DNA from: Octopus sinensis
Taxonomy: Eukaryota
Direction of reading: 5' to 3'
Length of the DNA: 64,000 nt
Assembly (NCBI RefSeq): GCF_006345805.1
Contig: NC_043000.1
Span: forward strand, 159,464,001-159,528,000
The translations under genes and the position numbers were made by a program. Each line of letters opens with the position of its first letter. Positions within the stretch are counted from its first letter, which is position 1. The notes below the pieces were generated by a model, which was given only the letters and a program-made list of their open reading frames with translations, had not been told where the DNA came from and did no database searches. Shown here one piece after another: positions 53,400-64,000 of the stretch.

Positions 53400-53862
53400 A
53401 ATCGTCTAGCAAAAATATGGCATATTCTTGAGGGACTCAGAATCATCTGCAAGTTATGGTTTTCCATTTGGTTCATGTCATTATGAACTCTGAGCTTTTA
53501 TACAAACCCATTGCTCGAACACTTAGAGACATGACTTGATGGCGCTTACTCTCGCAAGTTCCGAGTCGTTTAGATTTTTTCATGACTAAAAACATTCCAT
53601 TGAACAAAGATTATAGCAGTCTTTATGCAATCACAAATTGTCCTTAGGGCGAGACATGTACGGTTTGCAGGACTTCGAAGAGAATTGATGAGCCATCAAT
53701 GATAACTCCTTCAGAGACTCAGAAAAATGTACATTGGTTAGTCGTCCAGCAAAATCCTTTATTGATCAACTCTGACAGACAGGTGTTGTCCCGCTGACCT
53801 TCCAAACGCTACACAGGTTCTTAATGGTTGGCGTGATCGAGTAAGGCGAATCTGATTAAGCC
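53400..53862 (+). pseudogene. Old RTE-clade LINE 3' fragment
   Basis: LDGAYSR..W..GRPAK..IDQL..TG...GWRDRVRRI motifs. Same clade as 37221-37720 but heavily decayed. Confidence 0.6.
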
Positions 53863-53905
53863 CCAAAAGATGAAGCAAATAGACCGTAAAGATTCAGTTT
53901 CAAAT

Positions 53906-53954
<49 letters not shown>

Positions 53955-54630
53955 AAATATAGGAAAATATTAAAAATAAAAATAGACCATCATAAAGAAG
54001 GCTAAATTATTGGACTGTGATTAATGTTCTTCGTATAGGAAATGTAAATTGGAATACAGAATAATTACAAATAAATAATTGATACAAACGGTTTACAATC
54101 TCCCGCAGTCTGGATCAAACAGTTCGCAGGTTAAAAAATTATTTAGTAATAACAATTAACATCTGGTATTAAGATAAAATGATAAGGGTGGTAACTACAG
54201 AATATTTAATTGAGATAACATTTTTGGCAGATATATTTTTCCAGGGGTCTCCGTAGAAGTGTATTGTTTGTTTCCAGTAATGTCCTGAAAAGGCACATGC
54301 ACACACATCTCCACACACTCATACACATATATACATACACTCACACACACGTCCTCAAAGACACACAATGTATTTTCAGAAAGAATTTCCCAACGTTAAT
54401 TAATCTTGAATGCTAAAAGTTTATTTACCGAATCCTATTGGGAGTCGCTATATTTACATATTTAGTATATAAAAATAACGCCTCTATCCCTCTCAGTCCT
54501 AAATGTACGAACAGGAGATGAAAAGTAAGGAGGGGTTTCAACTCACAATATAAACACATATACTAAACACCTGCGTTTTATTGTTTCTGCTAACATAAAT
54601 TATTATTATAATAAAGAAATAATTAATAAA

Positions 54631-55568
54631 GCCGCGAGCTAGTAGAAGTTTTAGCGAGTCGGCCTTAGATGTTTAGCTATATTTTTTCCGGCTCTTTACG
54701 ATCTGGGTTCAAATTCCGCCGAAGTCGACTTTACCTTTTATTCTTCCGAGTTCGATAAAATAATGTATCAGTTCTGGGGTCGATGTTATCGACTAGCCCC
54801 TCCCCCATATTCCAGACCTTTTGCCTATAGCAACAAAGAAAAGCTGCAAATTGGAAGAACCCTTAGCACGCCGGACGAAATGCCAAGCGGCGTTTTTTCC
54901 AGCTCTATGTGTCTGAGTTCAAATCCCGCTGGGGTCAACTTTGCCTTTTATCCTTTCATGCTTGATGAAATAAGGTGCCAGTCAAGTAAAGGGGTCGATA
55001 TAATTGACTGTTCACCTCCCTCAAAATACCAGGTATTGTCAATAGTAGAATTATTATAATCATTATTAGCAGCATTTCGTCCATCTTTACGTTCTGAGTT
55101 CAAATTTCGCAGTGGCCGACTTTGTCCTTCATCCCTTCGGAGTCGATAAAATAAATACCAGTTGAGCAGTAAGGTTTCTGTAATCGAAATTGCTGGCCTT
55201 GTGCTAAAATTTGAAATCATTGTTATTATATAAAGTGATAAACTTGAAGAATTGTTAGCACGTCGGACTTTATGTTCTGAGTTCAAATGCGACCGATGTC
55301 GACTTAGTCTTTCATCTTATCGGGATCGATGAAGTAAGTACCAGTTGAGCGGTATAATAGAAAGGATTATAGCTGAACCTATAAGTAGAAAGGATTATTA
55401 TTATTATTATTATTATTATTTGGAGACTTACATTCCGCCGAAGTCGACTTTGCCTTTCATCCTTTCGGGGTCGATAAATTAAGTACCGGTTGTGTACTGG
55501 GTCGATCTAATCGACTGAATCCCTCGCCAAAAATTTCGGGCCTTGTGTCTAGAGTAGGAGAGATTATC
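54631..55568 (+). mobile_element. Cluster of ~5 same-orientation family-A SINEs
   Basis: Repeated GTTCAAAT..GTCGACTT..CCTTT cores separated by ATT-rich tails. Confidence 0.85.
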
Positions 55569-56006
55569 ATTTGGAGACTATAATTAGCGGATTTAATTCA
55601 TCGGTTAAATCCACAACTTATCACTTTGTTGTGTGTAATGCAAACTAAATCGTTCTAGTTATAGGATCTATTCCGAGCAAATATCCGACGGAAAGACGAG
55701 TACTCAATATTTAAGACTGCTTCGAAACTCACTAGATTCCATTTGAAGGAGAAACGCTAGTGAAAAAAAAACTATGGAGAACAAACCATAGAAATGCTCT
55801 CAATCGTGAGAAAGCTAATGATGCCATAAAACCTAGACATATGTAGTATATGATTTTGAGCATGAATGTATACATACGAGTAAAAGTGGCATACATAAAT
55901 AACAGGTTTATTGGATGTGTATTCAACACACTTTTGCGAATCTATATAATTACATCAACATTTTACTCAGGAGGGAATATATGTATGTATGTATGTATAT
56001 ATATAT

Positions 56007-56038
<32 letters not shown>

Positions 56039-57036
56039 AGGCAAACTGAGATTGCGTTTCTTAGTTTTGCTCGGCCGGACCGTCGTCAGTTGACCTCACA
56101 CATCAGTGAGTTACTTTGCTGCCTGTGTGCATGGAAGAGAGATAGAGAGAGAGACAGAGAGAGAGGGAGGGAGGGAGAGACAGAGAAAGAGAGAGACAGA
56201 GAAAGAGAGAGATGCGTGTGTATTATAGCTTATGTACGGATGGATACAGATATACCGAAGTGATTTCTAATTAAATAAAATTTTAATGGGTTTTTTTCTT
56301 TAAAGTTCATCTTACATTTAACTCACGCATATAGAACATGCATATCTCACTGATTATCTTATTATTCTAGGCCCCAACACAGCTTAAAACTTAATAGACA
56401 AAAATTAAAACGCTTCTTAAACCTATAAATAGTATTATTTAATGAGATTTAAAAGGAATTAAAAATGATAAAGCAAATGACAAATACACACGCACATATA
56501 TATATGTGGGATATATAAAACAAGAGCACAGAAGATAGCATGTGTAAGGTGCATAAGCAGATGCACCTGTGATTACAGTTACTAGCGATACCTGCAGAGG
56601 AAAGTGCACCTGTTTTCTACCTTCAAGTTCTCGTGATTAGGAAATAATACAGCTGTCCAGACAAAGGTCAGATGACAGAGCAGTATGTTTTTTTGAGTTA
56701 TTGCATATGTGCGTGTGTATGAGGGAAAGGTAAAAATAATGAGATGAAAATACACAGACAGACAGGTCGAGAAATGTGCGAGTCTATGGCATTTTGTGTG
56801 AGTGAATATGTGTATGAGCGCGCCCGACTGGACGTGTGTATGTATTTATGAATGTATATATAACCAAGCACGCGCGCTTGAGCACGACCCGCGCTTCAGT
56901 CTATGTGTAGATAAATATGCGTGCATGCGTGCGATTAAGAAAAAAAAACGCTATATATGCATTAATTTTGTTTATTAATTGGGAACTAGTTGAATAAATG
57001 ACAGTGCACGTATATATATATATATATATATACACC

Positions 57037-57735
57037 TCACGTGATCACGTGACCGACCAGACCATCAGATGTTGTTACACATCGCTGGTCACAATGCGTT
57101 CGCATTGTTTTAGCCTTCGAATATATGTGTGTGGAGGCCAACAGAAGAAAGAGTGATGAAAGAGTACAGCAGGGATCACCACCCCCTGCCGGAGCCTCGT
57201 GGAGCTTTAAGGTGTTTTCGCTCAATAAACACTCACAACGCCCGGTCTGGGAATCGAAACCGCGATCCTACACACACACACACATACAAACCTGTGTGTG
57301 TGCATGCGCGTATATATTATATATGAGTGTATATCACACACATATATATATATACACACACACACAAATAAATACACACATATACAAAATAATTTATTGC
57401 CCGCAGGGGGCCAACATATATAAAATAATAAACATTGTGTTGGTGAGTGTGGAGATGTGAAAGCGCGTGGCTAAACGATTAGGAGCGCAAGACCGCAGTT
57501 TCGATTCGCAGACCGTCGATGCGTTATGTTTTTGAGCAAAACCCTTCATTTCACGTCAAGTAATTTCAGTTTACAGGTCTGTAAATGGGAAACCCCTCAA
57601 CGTACCGACGTTTCTTTCAGTAGGTGCGTTGGTTTATCCGCCTACCCTACAAGGCATCATCATTCAAAAGCCACAACAATGGTAGGAACGCATTGTGACC
57701 AGCGGTGTATGACATTCGAAATTTTGGTTGATATC
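57037..57735. mobile_element. Oppositely oriented SINEs (57037-57268 minus; 57455-57735 plus) sharing a 3' tail
   Basis: CATCGCTGGTCACAATGCGTTC (~57080-57101) versus GAACGCATTGTGACCAGCGGTG (~57686-57707). Confidence 0.65.
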
Positions 57736-58329
57736 ATTGTGTATGTGTGTACACACATACACACACACAAAAATTACAAAGTTGTAAAATCATTTTAGAC
57801 ACAAATACTCGTATATTCATTTCTTTAATTGTCAAAATTCTTATCACGCATACGTGACCCAGTCACTTCCATATTTCTATTTCAAGTACGAAAAAGTAGT
57901 TACTCGCAATATTCATAGACATGAAATTATCAGCGAATTTTCTTCTCTCCTTCTCTTCCATTGAAGATTTTTTTTTTTTGTCGAATCCAGTCTTAACTGT
58001 AAACGCTGAATGTGGTACCAAAGTACACATTGCTTAAAAACTGTAAATATTCCCTCACCATCACGGATAAATACAATTAATTTAAGATATTTAACTGGCC
58101 ATAGTTACATATCTCACATACTACTGTATAGTAAAGACCTGCAAACGGCAGCGCATTGTGGCAATCCAGGAACATATGTTGTCTAGGACATTATACCTTG
58201 TTCACAAAACTACGACTGTGTGCATTTATAGTATTATACATACACATTCATAAACACAAGGTATATGTACATATGCATAGGTAGATGTAGCAACATACAA
58301 ACATAAGAAGTGCGCTCAAGTTTTCCCGC

Positions 58330-59471
58330 CAAAACTAATGTCGCGTTGGCGAAATTCTTTGTGGGAGATGACACCACATTTCCTGCGCATGCGTGAAAAT
58401 TTTCGTGCCGGTAGACCGAGTACGTTCCCGGCTTTTACTCCTAGAGTACTGCGCGCTCTTCTTCGAGTAGATATATTGTATCAAGTTTTGCCAAAATTTT
58501 GGTGATACTCAAGCTCAAACTTTCCAGAAGATTCAACAGACTTGTGGCGATGATGCCATGTACAAAACTCATATCAAGGAATGCTACAACGAGGAGCCGA
58601 TTGAGAAAGTTCGGTGAAAAGTCATTGTATTGTAACAATCCAAGAATTTGCCCATGAAGAGAGAATATAGACAGGATCAGTATATTCCATGTTAATGGAG
58701 GATATGTGCATGTGGAGAGTCTCGCAAGGTGCTGGCGGAGAAGCCGAAGCAACACCGCATGGAAATCGCTCAGGGCATGCAAGACTGTGCAAACCACGAC
58801 TCAGATTTCATGAAGACCATCATCATTGGTTATGAGACATGGGTTTACGGTCACGACCCGGAAACGAAATGCCAGTCCTACCAATGGAAACACCAGTCAT
58901 CGCCAAGACACCCCAAAAAGAACAACAGGTTCGCAGCAATATGAAGGAAATGTTGACCTGTGTCTCTTGATTTCCGTTGGATTGTGCATCATGAATACGC
59001 ATCACAAAGCCAAACAGTCAATAAGGAATAATAGCTAGAGGTTATACGTGTCCGTGATGCTGTGCGTCGAAAGCGGCCGAACATGGGGGCGGCGAAAAAT
59101 TGGCAACTTCATGACAATGTGCCGTTCATTCCGTTCAGATAATCTGAGCTTTTCTGGACAAGAACAACATACCGGTTGTTCGACAGACTCCCTACTCCGC
59201 CGACTTCTGGCTCTTCTCCAAATTGAAAACCACGCTGAAAAAGATGCGATTTGAGTCGCGAGAGGAAATTATGATAAAAGCGACGGCGGATCTCTATATC
59301 ATTCCACAGAAAGCGTTGAAGAAGTGTTACCGACAGTGACAAAACCGCTGGGAAAAGTGTGTGAACTCCCAACGGAAGTATTTTGAAGATGATTAGATAA
59401 AACTTGTGTAAAGTACAAAAATTCTCTTTTTTATGCCCAAAAGATCGGATACTTTTAAAACGTACCTCGTA
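58330..59471 (+). pseudogene. Near-complete decayed mariner (DD34D) transposon
   Basis: IKFCQNFGDTQ.., FMKTIIIGYETWVYGHDPETKCQSYQWKH (first D changed to Y), LHDN, PYS..DFWLF, RWEKCVNSQ..YFEDD* (stop 59394-59396). The 3' TIR ..GGATACTTTTAAAACGTACCTCGTA is present; no 5' TIR was found. Confidence 0.9.
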
Positions 59472-59483
59472 TATATACACACA

Positions 59484-59531
<48 letters not shown>

Positions 59532-60703
59532 CGCGTATACATATGTATTCGTGCATTTGACTTAATCCGTAACCCTGTTTTACTCCACCACCAAGCACCA
59601 AGAGTGCATTTACAAGAGTCCACTATGTTACGACTATTCACGCTAGATTTAGGGTTACAAATACCTTTTCCCTTACTCCAAAGCGCAGAAGCCCTGTAAA
59701 AAGGTTATGAGTAACTCCTTCCATCCTAACTTAAGGACAAAATATAAATATGCAAACAAATACGTGTGTACTGGTATTTCTACACCCCCACTTAAACATA
59801 CACTAAGTTTCCCTCAAGACAAGACCAAACAGCAGTATAGAAAAAATATATATAGAAATAATTTATATTTTGTAGCTGAAGGAAAAAAATCGCATTTTTG
59901 AAACACGTGTGGGAATTTCAACTAAGTTCCAACCTATTTTATTTTATCTTTTTCGTTTCTCGTTTTTGTTTTGTTTTTAACCTCTTTTAAATCCACACAA
60001 GAGGACAGGAACAAAAGTATATCCATTGCTAGAACCCTGAGCGAAACAACTTCCAAACCTCGTTGTCGGAGAAAATAAACACGTAACGAAGTACAAAACT
60101 GAAAAAAAAAAATAAAGAACAAAGGAAAACCTGGAAGAAAGAAAATTGAAGATAGAGGAAGACTTGTCAGTTTTAATTTTACTTACACGCTAACGGAGAC
60201 TATAGTTTTGCTGTTAAACATTTCAAGGATGTGACAAGCAAAGCTTATGTGCTTTGTTTTGTAGTCATCGTTTTCCCTTTCACTAGTTTTTGTTCTAAGG
60301 AACGAAACCTTAAGAAGATTGAATGAACCAAACAAATAGGAGGGGGCGAGAGAGATAAATACAGAAAGTATATAGGCTTTTTTTCTCTTATAAGACGAAC
60401 AGGAGGTAAAAAGAAAGAAGGAAAAATTCGATATATATTTTCAGTAAACTGCTCAACGTTTCAGCAAGAGCAAAGCTTAGTTTTCACTCGAACTGTAATG
60501 CAGCTTGTTCCTTTACCACAGAAGTAGCAAGCAGGATTACGGTTGTTGACGCTATACATAACTAACATGAGTGCGCTGAGCAAATTCAGCGGGCGAATGG
60601 TTATTCACTGTTTGCTTTTTTACGGATTATCTCTTCGACTCTGATTGTTCTTTTGGGCCCCACTGAAAGATCATATGTCTCAGATCTTGTCCAAATACCT
60701 CTG

Positions 60704-60749
<46 letters not shown>

Positions 60750-60839
60750 ATCCAAACATGAAAACACAAAGAGAAAACAACAATGCGAGGACGTGGGACA
60801 AGAAGTATAGTGTTATTGGACACTCAGGAAAGAAGGAGG

Positions 60840-60874
60840 GTTTAACGTTTCGAGCGGAGCTCTTCGTCAGAAAC
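60840..60874 (-). ncRNA. Minimal type-I hammerhead ribozyme motif in a probable Penelope-like repeat (60745-60960)
   Basis: Minus strand GTTT-CTGACGA-A-GAGC-TCC-GCTC-GAAA-CGT-T-AAAC. Helix I 4 bp, intact core, helix II 4 bp, palindromic ACGU helix III, GUU cleavage triplet. Confidence 0.7.
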
Positions 60875-61406
60875 ATAGGAAAAGGAAAGATCCAAAGAAG
60901 GGCAGACGGACGAAAAAATCGCCAACGGTACACACGTGGTCACATTTTGAATATATATATATATATATGACCATAGAGCAATAACTTGATGGCAAAGCGG
61001 TATGTATTTGAACAACATGAACATACAAATGTATATAAAATATTATGGATTTAGTGAATTTATCTCCACCTCCAGAGGATGTATCATAATTACCAAATGG
61101 CAATTAGGAATAGCTCCACTCGAGAGGAGAAGATAATCTCAAAAGTCAAGTATTCTCCAATGTTAATATGCCATTAAGTAAAATGAGAGGCTTACTGTCT
61201 CGGGTAAGAGACAGCCTTAGAGACGTTTTTCCGGCTCATTAGCAGTCACCAGCACGATAACTGGCCATCCTTACCTAAACTTTCATTACCAATTAAAATG
61301 ATGTATATAAGTTTTAAGTTTTGCTTTTTTCTAACATTTAATTCTTATATGTCTTTAATACTACAGTATTTGTTATTTTGTTGCGAATAAAGTTTGATAT
61401 CTTTAA

Positions 61407-61543
61407 GGCGACGAACTGGCAGCATCGCTAGTACGCCGGGCAAAATGCTTGGAGTCATTTTGTCTGTCTTTACACTCTGAGTTCAAATTTCGTCGATCTC
61501 GATTTTGTTGCTTTATCCTTTCGGGGTCGATAAAATAAATATC
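61407..61543 (+). mobile_element. Family-A SINE, 3'-truncated
   Basis: GGCGACGAACTGGCAG head, GAGTTCAAATT, CCTTTCGGGGTCGATAAAA. Confidence 0.75.
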
Positions 61544-61929
61544 AAACTTTCGCCTTCTGCAACATTTCAACAGTTCACTTCGCCGTTCCGTCTCCCGTGA
61601 CAGCCCCTTTCCGGAATGTACCCATTTACGTAAAATATCTCAATTACATCTACATTCATTCGACTGTCAACCATGAGTCGTGTTAGACACAGCGCCGACC
61701 GCCACAAAGCATGTAAAACTAAGAGTAGTAACAGAGTGAGGGCTCAACTTCAAATGAATAAATAAGATCTGTTTTAGGTATATTTTCTTTTAAAAAACTC
61801 GTTTGTACACTCGCCCCCAAAAAACTCACACACACACACCTCTTAAAATTGCAATATTTAAGTTATATTTTATCATTTTTTAGGATTTTAAAATGTGGCA
61901 ATTGTAAACTACCGAGTGTGTAAAGCTTT

Positions 61930-62150
61930 TCACCCTTTTCCATTCAAATTTGTCAAATGTAAAGCTTATTCATTCACAGTTTTGAATTAATCACATGTCA
62001 TCTCGTAGCTTCGAGATTTTGAAGACGTGATTACCTATTTTTAGACTGACAGTGTAGGGTAGGAATGAGGGGACAAATTTGGCTGGTTTTAACATAAAAT
62101 GGGTAGAATAGTTGGGCCTAATACAGCTGGTTTAAATGCTAAAGAGGTAT
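61930..62150. mobile_element. Old MITE with CCCTTT...AAAG(A)GG termini (piggyBac-like)
   Basis: Degenerate termini CACCCTTTTCCATT and AATGCTAAAGAGGT. The interior resembles a repeat I recall from octopus genomes; not verified. Confidence 0.4.
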
Positions 62151-63281
62151 GACAATTAATTAATTAATTAATAATCAGCAAATCCATAATTATATGCATC
62201 TTTCGTATGTTTCCAAGTGGTTATCAATGGCATATACTCAGTGAAGATTAAATTACTAAACGTCATCGCTTACAATCACCTTAAACCACGTGATCGTTAA
62301 CAACTTTTACACGTCCTCGCGGAGTTTCACACTTATAGCTTTAAACATAAGCATTTTCACTCATACAACTTTGTTTACAAGCACACTCGCTGACTCGCTC
62401 TGAAACACTGTAATGCGTCCACAAATTCATTCTCACATACATGATCCTTTCTCATATTCACAAACAAGGCAAGTCAATCTGTTTCTTAATAGGTATTTTT
62501 ATGTAAATGATTCAACGATCTTGGGCTAATGCAGAAATCTTTCGCTCCTACTTATTCTCCCAAAACAGTTCTCACAACTCTTTTAAAAAGACGATATAAA
62601 CTACCACTTTCTCACTCTGATATATCAATTCGAGCCTATAACAGCAACAAAACATCCAAGTTTTTTTTTTTTTTTGTTATTCCTCTTCTCTTTTGAAAAG
62701 GAAAAATTGTAAAATAGAAATAACGGCAAGCATTTGGTTCTTATACACACTTAGAATTCTGCTATCAGATGTTTCACTGAATTTGTTGCCATGATACCGA
62801 TGAATTGTTGTGAAAAACAGAAACGTGCTTCAACAGTGATTACGAGTGCATACGTTTAAAGTTTAGCGAAAGGTATACTCGAGAATGAGTCGAACAACGT
62901 CTAGTTTAGTCACGGTCCAGGTTCAAATTTTACCGAGTGTAACTTCTTTGTTTTTCATGTTAGGTTCAATAAAAGTAATATGCAAGCCAAGTACTGAGAT
63001 CAAGTTAAAATACTCCCCTTGCTTCTCACACTGACGATCAATAACCATTATTGCACACATACTCCTTGACCATCAAGGTATTAAAACCGATGATCAAAAT
63101 AATTCCACTTAAGACCACGTTGTACCTTGGATTACATACTTCAACATATTTTTCCTTTGCAGACAGCAAAGTGTGATTCTGAGAGATTTGGCTGCTACAT
63201 CCAACCGATCGAACGCCAACCTTGTTGATTACATTCAAAGTTCTAAGGTGGCATCAACGATAAATGCACAGTCTGAATACC

Positions 63282-63511
63282 TATTTCTTTATTACCCACA
63301 AGAGGCTAAACACAGAGGGGACAAACAAGGACAGACATAGGTATTAAGTCGATTACATCGACCCAGGTGCGTAACTGGTACTTAATTTATCGACCCCGAA
63401 AGGATGAAAGGCAAAGTCGACCTCGGCGGAATTTGAACTCACAACGTAACGCAGACGAAATACCGCTAAGCATTTCGCCCGGCGTGCTAACGTTTCTGCC
63501 AGCTCGCCGCC
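63282..63511 (-). mobile_element. Young full-length family-A SINE with 16-bp target-site duplication
   Basis: Near-consensus copy flanked by GCACAGTCTGAATACC at 63266-63281 and at 63520-63535. Confidence 0.9.
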
Positions 63512-64000
63512 TTCAGCTCGCACAGTCTGAATACCATTTAGTATTTACTTTCGATAATTTATGTTCTAATTTTGAATTCAACCGAGAGATATAAAATCAG
63601 TACCCATCATGTATTAAGTATTGATTTAGCAGAGTAATATACAGCTCTTTTATGAACGTATAGCCTTGTGCATATATGAGAACTCATGATTTCATACTTT
63701 TATTTAGTTTTAGCCACATAGATGCATTAGTTCAATTGCTACACACGTCTTTGGTACGACGCACATCACTGATTGATATAAACAAGATTAGAAACAGATT
63801 CTTGTTTTATATAGGAGTATTAAATGAAAAACAAATAATCATCTATAACGAACGAAACTTAAGAGTTCGTAAACAATTACAAGATTATTAACAACATCTC
63901 ACCTCTGCATAGTCTTCCAAAATTCCCGTCTTTCAGTGAAAGGAAAATAGAAGTAAGATGAAAATTAGAGTTAATGGTTAGATTTTTGTCTGTGTGATGC

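Noticed and set aside
56055-56095. Minus-strand CUGACGA followed by a small hairpin (hammerhead candidate)
   Set aside because: No GAAA follows helix II and no helix I or III pairing is available.

Overview
This is AT-rich eukaryotic genomic DNA, intergenic or deep-intronic. It is most likely from an octopus; that is an inference from the tRNA-derived SINE and MITE repeat landscape, not a database match. I cannot support any intact host protein-coding gene, rRNA, true tRNA or CRISPR array. Most ORFs in the track are microsatellite or SINE artefacts. The window is a layered mosaic of transposon debris: at least four tRNA-headed SINE families (some in head-to-tail arrays), non-autonomous Helitrons with TC...hairpin-CTAG ends, and a decayed Helitron PIF1-like helicase. 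It also holds decayed mariner, maT, pogo/Tigger and hAT transposases, LINE remnants (RTE, CR1-group, Tx1, CRE, R4/Dong), MITEs and long microsatellites. The most notable signals are: (1) two minimal type-I hammerhead ribozyme motifs with intact cores plus three degenerate ones, in probable Penelope-like repeat ends; (2) SINE concatemers with a recurring junction, and a monomer with a 16-bp target-site duplication overlapping that junction motif; (3) two mariner 3' ends in a tail-out inverted pair; (4) an exact 287-bp tandem duplication of an R4/Dong 3' end between (AAT)n tracts; (5) a dense E-box cluster in TE-poor DNA. None of these is shown to be a new biological system. They are testable leads, mostly within known element classes.
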